NCBI GenBank assembly: GCA_964016885.1
Contig: OZ024744.1
Location: 33,418,001 to 33,482,000, forward strand
Source: Eledone cirrhosa
Taxonomy: Eukaryota
Direction of reading: 5' to 3'
DNA length: 64,000 nt
In this document: one piece after another, positions 1 through 14,753 of the stretch
How the letters are laid out: the number at the start of each line of letters is the position of its first letter
Position numbering within the stretch: position 1 is the stretch's first letter
Position numbers and translations under genes: made by a program
The notes under the pieces: generated by a model
What the model was told of the DNA's origin: nothing
Databases searched by the model: none
Seen by the model: the letters and a program-made list of their open reading frames with translations, nothing else

Positions 1-2267
1 ATCCAAACATTTTGTATTTTGTCTTTTCCTGGGGATTTCCATTTGCTGGTTTTTCTTAGAGCCAAGCTCAACTGTTCAACTGATTTTTCAATTTTCTAAG
101 TTTAGTTTGTTTAACATGTTCACCTACTTTATAGTTTGTTAAAATTTCTATGTCAGATCGGAGAAGGTTTATTTGGCGATTGATGTTCTCTTGCCAAGTA
201 GATTTCTTGTGTGAATTCCTTTGTTTTTTCATCTTCACTCCACATAAGTGAGTGGTGACTTTAGCCGATGCATAATAGAGATGATTTAAATCAGTAATGT
301 TTAGTTTGTTTGTGATGATAATGTTTTTGAGAATTATGTTAGTCTTGTGTATTATCTTTTGGTTCTGTTTGGAGTTCTGGATCTTAGGGAGGGTGTCTCG
401 TTGCCCCATGTCAGATTCTTTCATTTTCATCCATTCGATCATAATTTCATCCTTCGAGTTGGCAAGTTCATTCTCATTCATTTCTTTATCATTTACAATC
501 TCATTGTTTTCATTTTGATTTTCATCTTGAGTGTTGTTACATTCGAAGTGTTACAATTTACCTCGTTTTCACTGACACATGTTTCATTTCCCCTTCGCTG
601 ACTTTGTGCTAATATATCAGTTAGTAACTTTTTTTTTACAATATTTCTTCGTATATTGTCTAGTTTGTTACTGTCAATATAGCCTCTGTTTTCGGGATGT
701 TTCTTTTTCCAGTTGATATATGTCTGTTCTGTATTCGATGTATTTGATGGGTAGTACATGGCAGTGTAGAAAGCCTCAAGGACTTCTTTATTATCTTCCC
801 TTGACCATTTTTCTCTCTTTTTCTTTGGATTTCTTGGTGGTGAGCATGGAGGGCCAACAGTAGGTGTATTCCGCTTATGGGAGGTCTCCAGCTCCGAAGT
901 GATGGGAAGGTTTGAACCATTAGCTGATTTTTCGACCCCAGTCTGGTTCCTCTCTGAGGGACGCGGCCCGTTTTTACCCGGGTGACGGCCGATCCGGTAT
1001 GAGATTTCATCATTAGACATTTACTTTATTTTGTCGCGTTTTATCCTTATCCGCCAAGGGGTAATCATTTCGTGTTACCACTTCTAGAACGAGTGTCAAC
1101 CAAGACTAGAGGGGTCGTTCTCCCCTAGAGACACGGCTATTCCCCGCCGGCCGCCATCCCGGTATTTCTTGGTCACGGCGTTTTCTTTTTTGTTGTTTTT
1201 TTAAATTGTTATTATCCTGAGTGGTTCCTTAATGTGAGCATTGCGTGGCTTAAGAATGAAATTATTAATAATAATAATTGTCTCCACTCCAGGCACAAGG
1301 CCAGCAATCACCCAGTGCATTACAATAATATAATATACTTTTTGTGAAGTTGTCTGTTATTGTTGTTGGCTATGTCGGTGGTGGTGCTGGGGCTTTTTAT
1401 ATTGTTGGTGAGGAAGGGGGGAGCCAGCAGTGCCATAGTTGTTGACGTTTGGCCGGTGGCCAGGTCACTAAGTCAATCTATTTATATCTTTTGCTAGCCT
1501 CTCCCTTGTCTAGTGATACCGCCACCTTCCCCTTTCTTAAGTTAACAGGGGAATAGTGGTGGTAGCAATAAAGGAGTGGTAGCGGCGGTGATAGGGTAGT
1601 GGTAGCAATGATGGATGGAGTGGTTGCGGCGGTGGCGTTGTCGTTACTGAGTTTTGTTGAATGGACTAGTTTTTTTTTTTTATATGTAGTATCTATGCGT
1701 TTGTGTCGCGTATGTTTAATATCTGTGTTGAATAGACTAGTTTTGTTTGATTTGTAGTATATATGCGTTTGTGTCGCGTATGTTTAATATATGTGTTGTG
1801 ATATTCCCGTAAAATTGGAATTAAACATTTTGTTAATACTTGAGACAATAATAATAGTAATTATTATTATGATGCTGGGATTGGTGGTGGTGGTGGTGAA
1901 ATTGCCGTTATCTGGCTGTTATATTTAGTGTACACAGCGGGGTGATGGGGTAGGTGGTGTATCAAGTCTCTGGTGTTGGTGAAATTGCTGTTATTTGGCT
2001 GTTCTATATAGTGTAGACAGAGAGAGTTTTCTTCCATTTATAACCATTTTCTTTTTTTAATATAAAATATATAATACAAAATTGAATATTTGAGCGATAT
2101 AACAATATATTATGGATCCGAAATTTTATGAGACTTGATTCGGTGGTTTATGCATTATTTGTACTAAGAATTGTTATTTCACAATTGATTTAAATATGTT
2201 AAAAATCAAAAACTTTACGGGACCGATTTCATGACCTTCTACCACCTCGTGCGTCTTCTTCCCTTAT

Positions 2268-2270
<3 letters not shown>
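1..2270 (-). mobile_element. R4/Dong-like non-LTR retrotransposon, 5' part (leader plus disrupted ORF N-terminus), runs off the window start
   Basis: ORFs 493..1020 and 68..481 carry KREKWSREDNKEVLEAFY and STWQENINRQINLLRSDI, paralleling RTNWTKELNRTVMQCY and PWWKKRLSGQMGEMRNDI of the Dong ORF at 2906-6298. The terminal leader ~1905-2262 is homologous to ~7005-7362 and abuts (TAA)n. Confidence 0.75.
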
Positions 2271-2336
<66 letters not shown>

Positions 2337-2340
2337 GTTG
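2271..2340. repeat. (TAA)n microsatellite between Dong copies
   Basis: Direct reading of the ATT repeat. Confidence 0.97.
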
Positions 2341-2825
<485 letters not shown>

Positions 2826-5800
2826 GTTATTCCTTGAATCTCAGTCATTGATGTTGGTTAACTGGAAAGTCCGTTGGATTGAATATCAAGCCACTACCTG
2901 CAGCCTCAGATATTCAGGACGTATCGGAGGGTTCTTGCTGTTCCAAGCAAGCATGCCTTTTGAAGCGTTCCAAAAAGCGTGAAGGGGCCGATTTTCTTTA
3001 ACCATCCCTGGAAACCTTTGGAGATAGTCCCCAGTGCGCCTATGACAATCGGAATCACTTTGACTTCATGGCAGTTCCAAATCCTTTTCACCTCCCACTT
3101 TAGGTCCTGGTATCGGTTAATTTTCTCCCTCTCCTTCTCTTGCACTCTCGTGTCGAACGGGCAGGCCACATCCACAATCAGGCACGATCTTTTTTCTTTG
3201 TCCACAACCACCAGGTCAGGTCTATTGTGTTCCAGTTTTTTGTCCGTCTGTATCCTAAAATCCCACAGCACCTTCACCTGACTGTTCTCCATCACCGCCT
3301 CTGGCCTATGCTCATACCATTTCTCAGAATGTGGTAGATTGTTTACTTTGCACAGGTGCCAGTGGATCACCCTGCCCATCACATCGTGTCTCCAGCCCTT
3401 ATAGTGGGTCTGGGCTAGGTGTTTACACTCGGACACAATGTGAGCCACAGTCTCCTCTCTCTCTCCACAGATCCTGCACAGTGGGCTAGCCTCCTCCTTG
3501 TAGATATGGTGCTTCAACCACTTCGTTTTGAGGGCCTGCTCCTGCGCAGCCATTAGCATTCCTTCTGTAGCCTTTTTGAGGTCTCCTCTTCTCAACCAGT
3601 TCCATGTCTGTGGATCTCTAAATTCAGTTTTCTCAAAGAAGGTACTATGAAGGGATTTTCCCTTAAGGCTGCTCTTCCTCCTTGATGTTATTTCCTCCTT
3701 GGATATCCCCTGGCCTACTGTCCCCTCCTTCAGTACAGCTCTGAGTATTGGCTCCTTACTATAGGTCACGTATTTGTATAGGTTGTTTTTCTCCATCTGA
3801 ACACAGTCCTCTATGCTGATAAGACCTCTTCCACCCTCAGATCTCCTTAGGTAGAGTCTATCGACATCACTCCTCTTGTGGAACATGTTGTAGATAGTCA
3901 ATAGCTTCCTAGTCTTCCTATCCATTTCTTTTTGTTCAGCAACATTCCATCTCAGAATTCCCGCACTGTACCTAATAATAGACACAGCTCGGGAATTTAC
4001 TGCGCTTATGGCATTTCTGCTGTTCAGATGTGACTTCAATACGGTCCTTACTCTCCGAATGTATTCAGTTCTTTACAATTCATTCATTTTTTTGTTCTTT
4101 ATGCCATCAGCCTCCAGAACGCCCAAATACTTGTATCCTTCCTCAGAGTCAATTTCCTTTATCATCTCACCTGTTGGTATCTGGATCCCGTTACTTCTGC
4201 TCAACCTACCCCTCTTCATCACAATGACTCTACATTTACCAATACCAAACTGCATACATATATCACTGCTGAAAATACGGACAGTGTCAACAAGCACATC
4301 CAACTCCTTCTCACTTTTCCCGAAGAGCTTAAGATCGTCCATGAAGAGGAGGTGATTGATGGTAAGCTCTCCCCTTCCCAACTTGTATCCTGCTCTCACT
4401 TTTCGCAGCATAATGGTCAAGGGCATCAGGGCAAGGACAAACAACAGAGGGGACAGGCTATCTCCCTGGAAGATACCTCTCTTGATCTTCACGCTTCCCA
4501 AGGATACTCCAGTTGATGTCAACTCTGTCTCCCAGGACCCCATACTCCTGCCCAGCAACTGTCTGATGTTATCTGCCACCCTGAAGATCTCCAGGCTTTT
4601 GGTGATCCAGGAATGAGGCACCATGTCAAATGCCTTTCTGTAGTCTATCCATCCCATGGCAAGATCAGTGTGTCTCCTCCTGCAATTCCCCATTACCATC
4701 TTATCAATAAGCAACTGGTCCTTTGTACCACGTGACTTCTTTCGGCATCCTTTCTGTTCGTCCGGTAACAAGTTCTTTGTGTGGAGGTGATGGTAGATTT
4801 CCTCAGACACAATGCTCGTCAACAGTTTCCACATTACGGGCAGACATGTGATAGGTCTATAGTTGGTAACATCATTACCCTTGATTCGGTCTTTCATTAT
4901 CAGAACTGTGGTACCTTTTGTCAACCACTCTGGCACCTCACCCGACACCAAGCAGTCATTGAACATGGCCGTCAGCTTCGGGTGGAGGGATGTTAAATGT
5001 TTAATCCAATACCCCTGCACACCATCTGGGCCTGGTGATTTCCAGTTGGTTAGTTTTTTGGCTTGCCCCTTAAGAGTTTCAACTGTGATACTCAAATCAG
5101 TCTGTTGTTTTGCCTGCTCACCGATCTCCCTCTGTACTGTCTCAATCCACCCTGCCTGGGCATTGTGTCTAACATCCTGCTCCCATATTCCTCTCCAGAA
5201 TGTTTTAGCTTGTTCCGCCCCAGGGATCAAGTCGTTGCCTCTTTCTTTCCCCTCAAGCTGTCCAAACAGCATCTTCTGGTTGTTGTCGAACATGCGGTTC
5301 TGTTTATACTGACTGACTCTGTTCTCGTATCGCCTGATTTTGGTACTCTTTGCTACAATGCGTTGCTTCAATTCCTCTATGATAATATTTAGCTTTTTAC
5401 TCCTAGTTTTGTATTTTATTTCCAGTCTATTTTTAGTGCCTATGTTTTTTAGTGTCCCATTCAGTAGTGACTCAAGCTTTCCTATGTCATTTCTCATTTC
5501 CCCCATTTGCCCACTCAGTCGCTTCTTCCACCACGGCTCTGCTCTTTCTTGTCTGTTGTTTCCTCTCGCTTTTATACCAAGTAGTTTCCTCACCGTATTT
5601 GCTGTTGCTTTGAGGATATTGTTGCACTGGTGAAGACTCCTCGCCTCAAGGTATGGGATGACTTTGTTTACCTTAGCTGTTGTTTCTTTTAACTTTTTCC
5701 TGTCTACAAATCTTAGGTTCATAGGTCTCCCACTATCATTGTTCAACTCATCTACCACTAAATTTAGGATGTCAACCGAATCTTGTCCTAGCCCGTCAGC

Positions 5801-7364
5801 ATTCATCTCCTCAGTGGCCGTATCTCTGTTCCAGGTATTATTTATCTCAGTATTCAGATCATTGTCTGCTTCGGGTGGTTCCTCCGTTCTCAGGACCTCC
5901 TCACCTTCATTTCCCGCCGGCTCGCTTGTCTGGCATACTACACCCGCCATCTCCAAGCCATTCTCTCTGCTCAGTTCCTCCAGTTCCAGCTCGCCTATCC
6001 ACCCATTAGTTCTTATTACCCGAGCCTGCCCGGCCAATTTTTGTTCATCTAATTTAAATAAACCAATCTCGTTCCAGATGTTATGCATCCGTCTCCTGTA
6101 GCCCCTCTCCTTGGGGTTACTTTTCAGGTAGCATTGCATAACAGTTCTATTCAATTCTTTCGTCCAGTTGGTTCTGGCCCCTTTCCTTCTTCTTCTTCCT
6201 CCAACATCAGCAGTATTTGGTTGACAGTCAGGTTCCTGCTGCTGAGCCAGGGGGCACCTGTTGGGTGAGAGTCTGTCACATGACGTTCTAGTCTCCATTT
6301 CACCGTTATTCGAACTGTTTATGTTCGATATTTAAACACTCTTATCGAGGATTGGCGAATGTATGTTTACATAGCCATCTGTGGATCCGCCATCCCACTT
6401 GGCCCTTGTGTGGCATTATCACCGCGCTGTATACGAACACACATAAACAAACAAACACACGGGCAGAAAGGGCCCCAAAAATGAATAAGCATAAGTTTCA
6501 TTGTAATGTAGTATTCGAATGTCTGACTTAGTTTTTGTTTTTTAAGTTTTACTTTTTCCCCCCTCTTCTCTGTCCGTCCTCCTGCTTCTCTCTTCATTCT
6601 TATTTTCTTTACGTTTTTGGGGTTTCTTTTTTTGTTTTTGTTTTTCTCTGTTTGTTTTTCTCGTTTTTTGCTGTTGTTGCTGTGCTGCTTTGGTTTTGTT
6701 GTTTGTTTTTTCTTTTTTCTTTTGAGTCTATCTATATATTTTGATGCCTTCCTCTTTGTTAGTAGTAGGAATTCTATAATGTGGAAGTGGCAGCCAGCAG
6801 AGACTGGCGGCGTTGGCGATACTGAGACAGTGGTGGTGGTGATGTCGATACCGAGGCAGTGGTGGCGGTGATGCGACCGTATTACTGTAGTGATGGTGCT
6901 GTAGCGGTGGCAGCAGCAGTGAAGGAGTCAAGGGGTGGTGGCGGCGGTGATGGGATAATGGTGGTAATGATGGCCGTAGTGAGCGGTGGCGGTGAAGGTG
7001 AAAATGCTGTTGTGTTTAGTGTACACAGATGATGGGGTGGGTGGTGTATCTAGTTTCTGGTGTTGGTGAGTTTAGCTGTCCTATATAGTGTAGCCAGAGG
7101 AGAGGAGGGGGGGGGTCTTCTTCTTCCATTTATAGCCATTTTTTTTTTTGGATATACAGTGTACAGTACAAAGTTGAATATTTGAATATTTGAGCCTTAT
7201 AACAATATATTTTGGGTCCGAATTTTTTGGGGCTCAAGCCGGGTGCTTTACGTAGCATTTGTACTAAGAGTTGTTATTTCACAAATGATTTAAATATGTT
7301 AAAAATTCAAAACTTACGGGAGCGATTTCATGACCTCCGTCACCTCGTGCGTCTTCTTCCCTCG

Positions 7365-7365
<1 letters not shown>
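2826..7365 (-). mobile_element. Apparently full-length R4/Dong-clade non-LTR retrotransposon inserted in (TAA)n
   Basis: Single ORF with RT, CCHC and restriction-like endonuclease; about 1 kb leader; (TAA)n at both ends, the known Dong target. Confidence 0.9.
2906..6298 (-). pseudogene. Dong ORF (RT + CCHC + RLE endonuclease), about 1130 codons with one in-frame stop
   Basis: ORFs 4073..6298 and 2906..4039 share a frame and are separated by TAA at 4073-4075. Motifs: NYRPITCL, QGDSLSPLLF, HLLFMDDLKL, CRICGEREETVAHIVSEC, RHD, NRPDLVVVD...VDVACP...EKINRY. Confidence 0.93.
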
Positions 7366-7449
<84 letters not shown>

Positions 7450-7459
7450 TTATTATTAT
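7366..7459. repeat. (TAA)n microsatellite at the Dong 5' end
   Basis: Direct reading. Confidence 0.97.
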
Positions 7460-7460
7460 T

Positions 7461-7705
7461 CTGAGACATTCTAACCACATGTCCACAGTATCAGAGCTGT
7501 GATCTCTCAATTCGGAGACGTAGCAGCTCTACCTGGAGTGACTCTCTGATCTCCGAGCTACACACTTTATCGACTAACGTTACTCCAAAGACCCTTCGTA
7601 GGAACCCTATTTTGGCCGTTTGTATTCTTAATCGTATTCTTTCAGTCATTATCCAAGATTCATGACCATAGGTAACGGTCGACACAATACCGAATTCTCC
7701 CATCT
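7461..7705 (-). mobile_element. RTE-clade LINE fragment (post-RT region)
   Basis: ORF 7491..7703 TYGHESW...FLRRVFGVTLVDKV..SEIRE.L...IERSQL resembles RTE C-termini. Confidence 0.75.
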
Positions 7706-9153
7706 TCTGATTACCTAAAGAAATAACAACTAAATCTCCCTGAAATCATACACCCACACTTTTAACAAGGACACCATTGGCAATACGAAACGGTTAGACA
7801 TATTAGACAATGGCCTCCTAGATACATAATGAACAGATGGAGAAAGAGGGGTGAGAAAGGAAGGAAAGATGGTATTTTGAACTGGCGCCCTTGTAGAATG
7901 CTTGCAATAGAATCGACTCAACTACAGGACACCCCCCCCCCCAAAAAAAAAAATGAAAAGGTGGAGGAGTGTTAAAAATGGTGATCAATTAAGATTATCA
8001 CCAAAGTAGATGATAGCGGGATTTGAACTTACAATGAAAGAGTCTGAAGAAATACTGTAAGGCGTTCTATTCGCTATTTTAATGACTCCACCACTGAACT
8101 GAACTCGGCATTTATTTTTCGTCCCTGAAATGATGAAATGTGAAGTTCACAAATGTATGATCTGAACTCAGAACAGAGAGAGGGAACCGTCATAAATATT
8201 GCAATCTTAAGCTTTCTCTACCACTCCAACTCCTCAAGTGGTACTTTATTTATCGACCCCGAAATACAAAGCTGATCACGGTGGAATTTGAACTCAGAAC
8301 AAAAGGAGGTGGAATATATACCACAAAACATTTCATTCGCTGGTAAAGGTCTGCATCAATAAAATTTGATGAATAAACATTAGTTGATAAACTACAATAT
8401 TTTGACATGTGGAGTGACAAATCTGCAGCAATGTTTTCACCATCTAGTCCGCAGCGACTTTGTAGTTTCTCCCTGCTCTTGGGTTATATTAATCCATAGC
8501 CGGGACTCAAGGCTTTAAGGTATTGCGGGCTATATCTGGCACTTGAAGCTTTGATCCTGTCAAAGAACAAGACAAGAAAAAAAAAAGAAAAACGGAAATG
8601 ACGTGACCCTAGTGTCTGCGTGTGCCGTAGGCTTTAGCCTATTTGGTCTTATAAATAATAGGGACGATGCCAATCACCATTTTGTAAATTGTTACTATCT
8701 CTTTCCTTTTTTCCATTCAGAAAATCTTCCACGATAGACTGAGAAAGGCTGGTAAGATGTAACATTAGTTATGGCTGTTATTTCTAGGAATCCCAGCCTC
8801 CATGTAGAGATTACATCATGTCTGTGTGTGCATGTGAATATGTGCGTGAGTGTGTAAGAAAACGAGTGTGTAAGAAAACGAGAGCGTATATGTTTACATA
8901 CATTTCTGTTTGCATACGTACGTTAATAAGTGTGAATTTGTCTATGCGTGTGTTAATGTGTGTGTACATGCGGGTGTGTGTGTGCATGTGTGTATATGTG
9001 TCTGTGGGTATGCATCAATGTTTGTGGATATGCTATCATTCCTTTCGTATCTAATATTTCATCTACAATCTCATTTATAAAAGTTCATTTCTGCACTCAT
9101 TCACGCCAACGTCAACAATTTACTTCCATTTTTCGTCGTCCTCTCGGCATATC

Positions 9154-9285
<132 letters not shown>

Positions 9286-9385
9286 TATTGAAATTTCAGT
9301 TGGAAACAGAAAAGGTCATGGAAATGAAGAGTGCTCTATGTCAGTATCAGAGCAAAATTTAATGTATAAAATCAATACAATATAA

Positions 9386-9461
9386 TTACCTCATTACCAG
9401 AGGTTTCCCGAATGAGGCGAATACGAAATAAACGACTTCATTCGTTCGTCAGACGAGGCAA
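9386..9461 (-). ncRNA. Type I hammerhead-like ribozyme in the Penelope pseudo-LTR
   Basis: Exact reverse complement of 13016-13091. Confidence 0.65.
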
Positions 9462-10029
9462 TATAAAACATGGGCAAATACTTAGAAAAACACATCAAGA
9501 AAATCAAAAAAAACTCAAAAAAATATATAGATAAATGAAATAGAAATTGAAATATATAAAAATCTATCAAGAAAAATAGTTAGGTGTGTGTATGTGTATG
9601 TATATACGCTCATAGATGTGCATATATGTATATGTGCACGTGTAAATGTATGGTTAGAAAGTGTGCGTAATTATAAAAGTTTAGGGCAAATGTATCTATA
9701 TGTCTGTATTATACAGACGGAAATGGTTACTTCGTAAATATAAGAATATAAAGTCGCGCGCATAAAAACGCCTGGACACTCGTACACTTAGATGCGGAAA
9801 GAAAGGAGGTAAAGAGAGTATAATAAATAAAAGAAAAGTATCTGTCTCGATATATTTATAAAAATATAGTAACGATAAATTAGAAAGACAAGATAGAAAG
9901 AAAAAATTATAGAAAACAAAAAAAGGGGGGGTACATACATACACAGACACGCGTGTCTCACAAAAGAAATGTAAAAATAATTATGCTTATATACACACGC
10001 GCGCTTACACTTCCATACGTTCGATACGT

Positions 10030-10071
<42 letters not shown>

Positions 10072-10715
10072 TTATACTCGCGCATATAAACCTGTTTGCA
10101 TGCCCATGTATGAAACTGAGTAAGTAACAAAAGAGGGAAGGGGGGGGGGGGGAGAAGAAAAAAGAAACAAAAAAATATAAAACCGAAATGTCAAAAACAC
10201 GGATATAAAGACACTTACACATACGCATAATATATACATACACACACACACAAACACCAGTACACACACGCATACATACACGTACATATATATATATATA
10301 TATATATACACATACATACACGCACGCGCGCGCACATACGTAGTCACTCATGTACATATATAAAAAGTATACACACATTAAGGCGTTCAGCAATATTGAA
10401 ATGTGGATAAATAAATACAAATATAAAATTGTAAGATAGGCTGCACAAAAATAAAATAAAAATAAAAATGAAAAATATATCTGGATTGAAAAACACAAAA
10501 GACATGTGTAATCAGTTAGTAGAGGAAAAAGGGAAGTAAAAGAAGGGGAAGTAAAAAATAGAAAATAGGAAGTGGATCGGAGAATAAAGGGGGGGGGGGG
10601 GGGTGAAGTAAAAATAAATAAAAAAATAAATAAAAGTGAAAATAAATGAAATTATTGACAAGGATAAAAATGAAAGTAAGTCAGAAAGGGTAATTAAAAA
10701 GAGAATAATAAGAGT

Positions 10716-11825
10716 TTATGGAGGATAAGTGTCTGAAAGTGTGTTAAGTTTATATGAGCTGGAAAGCAGGTGTGATTTCATGTGTGGGCAACTGGTAAAA
10801 ATTTCCGTCTTTGTGTTCAGGCAGGTCTTTGGTGATTTGAGATTTTGCAATATCCAAAATTTTTCATTTATGCAGAGCGTGCATTTTCTTGTTCCTCTAG
10901 CATATATTTTAGATTGGTTCAAAATTGACCAATCTAGTTTATATTGGATGCCTTGGTCTTTCAAATCCCAAATTCTGCTAGCCAGAGCTGTTGTAAATCT
11001 TTTTTCTGGATGTCGAAAGGATGCGACATGTGAGTAATAACGCGTTTTGAATTTGTCTTGCGTCATACCCACATATCGTTCACTGGTGACTGGATGGTTG
11101 TTGCTGATAGTTGTCACATTAGCCGCATATACAATGGCTTTGGTGTTGCATTTACCTTGTAATGGGCATTCACTTTTGATTCTACAGGAGCAAGTTTGAT
11201 TTTCTCTAGGTGATGTTTTGTTGAGGATATAGGACTTAATAGGGGGACCGCAGGAATAGCTAATTTTAACACAGTTTCTGTTAAAGATCTTATAGTATCT
11301 ATGTGTTCTAGGGAAATGTTTGTCTAGGAGTTCTAGGAATTTTTTGCCTACATTAGTTTTAACTGCTAGAGAGTAGGGGTGTGAACCAGATTATTTTTCT
11401 TTTCCTATTTTTATGTTTAATAGAGTTAGTGTAGTTAGGTATGTATTTAATCGGTTCGCTAAAGCCGCTATTTTGGAGGGCTTTATTATAGTAGGGGGAT
11501 GCTTTATTGAAAATAGCTTCTGATGAAGAGAGGGTGGAGATCCTACGGCTAATATTAGGGATAAGGTTTTTAAAAACTATAGGTGGATGGCAAGATCCTT
11601 TATTTATATATTTTAAGTTTTCATTAGGTTTATGGTATGGTTTATAAGAAGCAGTAGGCAAATCTAAGTTTATATCTAGGAAATCTACGTTGGAAAGTTT
11701 AGAATCAATAGTAATTTTAAGATTAAAACTAGCAAAGATTTTTATTAAGTCTTTCCTTAATCTATCTAAGTATGGGAAAGTATTAGACCATCATCGCGAT
11801 AAAGCCCAAAAATATGGTTAGGAAA
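10716..11825 (-). pseudogene. Penelope-like RT C-terminus, Cys-rich linker and GIY-YIG endonuclease (frameshifted)
   Basis: DFLDINLDL, YKPYHKPNENLKYIN..SCHPP, RKRKIIWF, linker CSCRIKSECPLQGKC, IVYAANV...YVGMTQDKFKTRYYSH, CTLCINEK, LNTKTEIFTSCPH. Confidence 0.9.
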
Positions 11826-13015
11826 TTTTATCCTTGTCAATAATTTCATTTATTTTCACTTTTATTTATTTTTTTATTTATTTTTACTTCCCTCCCCCCT
11901 TTATTCTCCGATCCACTTCCTATTTTCTATTTTTTACTTCCCCTTCTTTTACTTCCCTTTTTCCTCTACTAACTGATTATACTTGTCTTTTGTGTTTTTC
12001 AATCCAGATATATTTTTCATTTTTATTTTTATTTTATTTTTGCGCAGCCTATCCTACAATTTTATATTTGTATTTATTTATCCACATTTCAATATTGCTG
12101 AACGCCTTAATGTGTGTATACTTTTTATATATGTACATGAGTGACTACGTATGTGCGCGCGCGTGCGTGTATGTATGTGTATATATATATATATATATAT
12201 GTGTACGTGTATGTATGCGTGTGTGTACTGGTGTTTGTGTGTGTGTATGTATATATTATGCGTATGTGTAAGTGTCTTTATATCCGTGTTTTTGACATTT
12301 CGGTTTTATATTTTTTTGTTTCTTTTTTCTTCTCCCCCCCCCCCCCTTCCCTCTTTTGTTACTTACTCAGTTTCATACATGGGCATGCAAACAGGTTTAT
12401 ATGCGCGAGTATAAGTATGTGTGTGTGTGTGTGTATGTACGTATCGAACGTATGGAAGTGTAAGCGCGCGTGTGTATATAAGCATAATTATTTTTACATT
12501 TCTTTTGTGAGACACGCGTGTCTGTGTATGTATGTACCCCCCCCCCCCCCCCTTTTTTTGTTTTCTATAATTTTTTCTTTCTATCTTGTCTTTCTAATTT
12601 ATCGTTACTATATTTTTATAAATATATCGAGACAGATACTTTTCTTTTATTTATTATACTCTCTTTACCTCCTTACTTTCCGCATCTAAGTGTACGAGTG
12701 TCCAGCCGTTTTTTATGCGCGCGACTTTATATTCTTATATTTACGAAGTAACCATTTCCGTCTGCATAATACAGACATATAGATACATTTGCCCTAAACT
12801 TTTATAATTACGCACACTTTCTAACCATACATTTACACGTGCACATATACATATATGCACATCTATGAGCGTATATACATACACATACACACACCTAACT
12901 ATTTTTCTTGATAGATTTTTATATATTTCAATTTCTATTTCATTTATCTATATATTTTTTTGATTTTTTTTGATTTTCTTGATGTGTTTTTCTAAGTATT
13001 TGCCCATGTTTTATA

Positions 13016-13091
13016 TTGCCTCGTCTGACGAACGAATGAAGTCGTTTATTTCGTATTCGCCTCATTCGGGAAACCTCTGGTAATGAGGTAA
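13016..13091 (+). ncRNA. Type I hammerhead-like ribozyme in the inverted pseudo-LTR copy
   Basis: Stem I TTGCCTCGT/ATGAGGTAA, core CTGACGA, stem II CGAATGA/TCATTCG, GAAA, stem III ACC-TCT-GGT, GUA cleavage triplet; the first stem II position is an A.G mismatch. Confidence 0.65.
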
Positions 13092-13113
13092 TTATATTGT
13101 ATTGATTTTATAC

Positions 13114-13174
<61 letters not shown>

Positions 13175-14289
13175 ATATATATATATACATACTTACGGTA
13201 AATATTGATGCAATTCAATTCAAGGATTCTACGTACTTTTTCCATAGAGGAATGACGGAGTATATTTAGAAGGTGAAAATGCGAAGTAATTTCAGTTGTT
13301 AAAGTCCTTTATTGATAAGGCTGTGATACATATTTCAATGACGACAGTGGCCACGTGATTCCGCCTAACCAGTGCCATTTGGATTGCCTCGAGAACATAA
13401 CGTTATTATGTAAGAACCTGTCTGACGAGATCATGGCACTAGGTAGGCGGAATCATGTGGTCACTGTCGTCATTGAAATATGTATCACAGTCTTATTAAT
13501 AAAGTACTTTAACATCTTAAACAAAATTTGTTTTCACTCTTAACGTGATAGATACTTAACTGTATTCGTGAGTGAATAATAATTATATTATGATATCATA
13601 ATATCATATTATTATTGACATTTGGTTTGTTTACAAGTAAACAGCCGCATAAAACACCACGTGGAAGATGACAACCTCATCCCTTTGTTCCAGCGGTAGC
13701 TGAGAGAAAACAACTGACAATTGTTTCGACAGCATATATATAGAAAGAGAGAGAGAGGGTGTGATAGTAAAGATAGATTTGGAGGTCGCGGGTGATTAGT
13801 CCAGAATAGATCAGTACAATGAAAATCCAAATATTTTAAGTCCGTGGTTAATCCGCTGGCCGGACAGGATATATATGTATCTTCGCTAACGTTTCTTTCC
13901 CTCATGGCTTTTTGATAGATAAAAGGTTATGGGCACGCTATGGATAGATGTATTGTTTATAATGCGCCGGAAAGTCCGTGACCTGTAGTAAACAACTGAT
14001 GAAGAGAAACTGTCCATCTCTTTTTTTTTTGTGTCGCCTTTCCTTCTAACATTCGTTATCAGTAACCACACAGTCTCTCCCGTCACTTTAAAGCGTTGAA
14101 ATATCCGAGACCCCCAGAAGACAACTGATGAGCGCCCCCCCCCCCCCCCCCCCCCGTTCTTGCTTTCTTCTTATTCTCATTCCATTTTTAAGCCTATATA
14201 TATATTAATTCAGTCTAAAAAGTTTGCAGGGATCAATCATCTTGTTTAGTCAAAACTAAGTGGATATTACCATTTATAAATATTTCTAT

Positions 14290-14494
<205 letters not shown>

Positions 14495-14753
14495 ATGGAA
14501 AATTTGAACAGGAACAAAACAGAGAGGCAGTACAACGAATGTTTATTAATTTCACGCTCTTGAGAATTATCCACGGACTTCAAATATTTGGATTTTCACT
14601 GTCCTGATCTACTCTGAACTAATCAATAAACCGTGAGGACGACGAGTGAAGGAAGAAAATTATATATTTGATTCTGTGTGAATGTACATGTGCCTCTCTA
14701 TCTATATATCTATCTATCTATCCATCTATCTATCTGTCTATCTATCTAACCAC

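Noticed and set aside
1040-1180. HDV-like ribozyme in the Dong leader
   Set aside because: It is GC-rich and partly self-complementary, but I could not build the nested double pseudoknot by eye.
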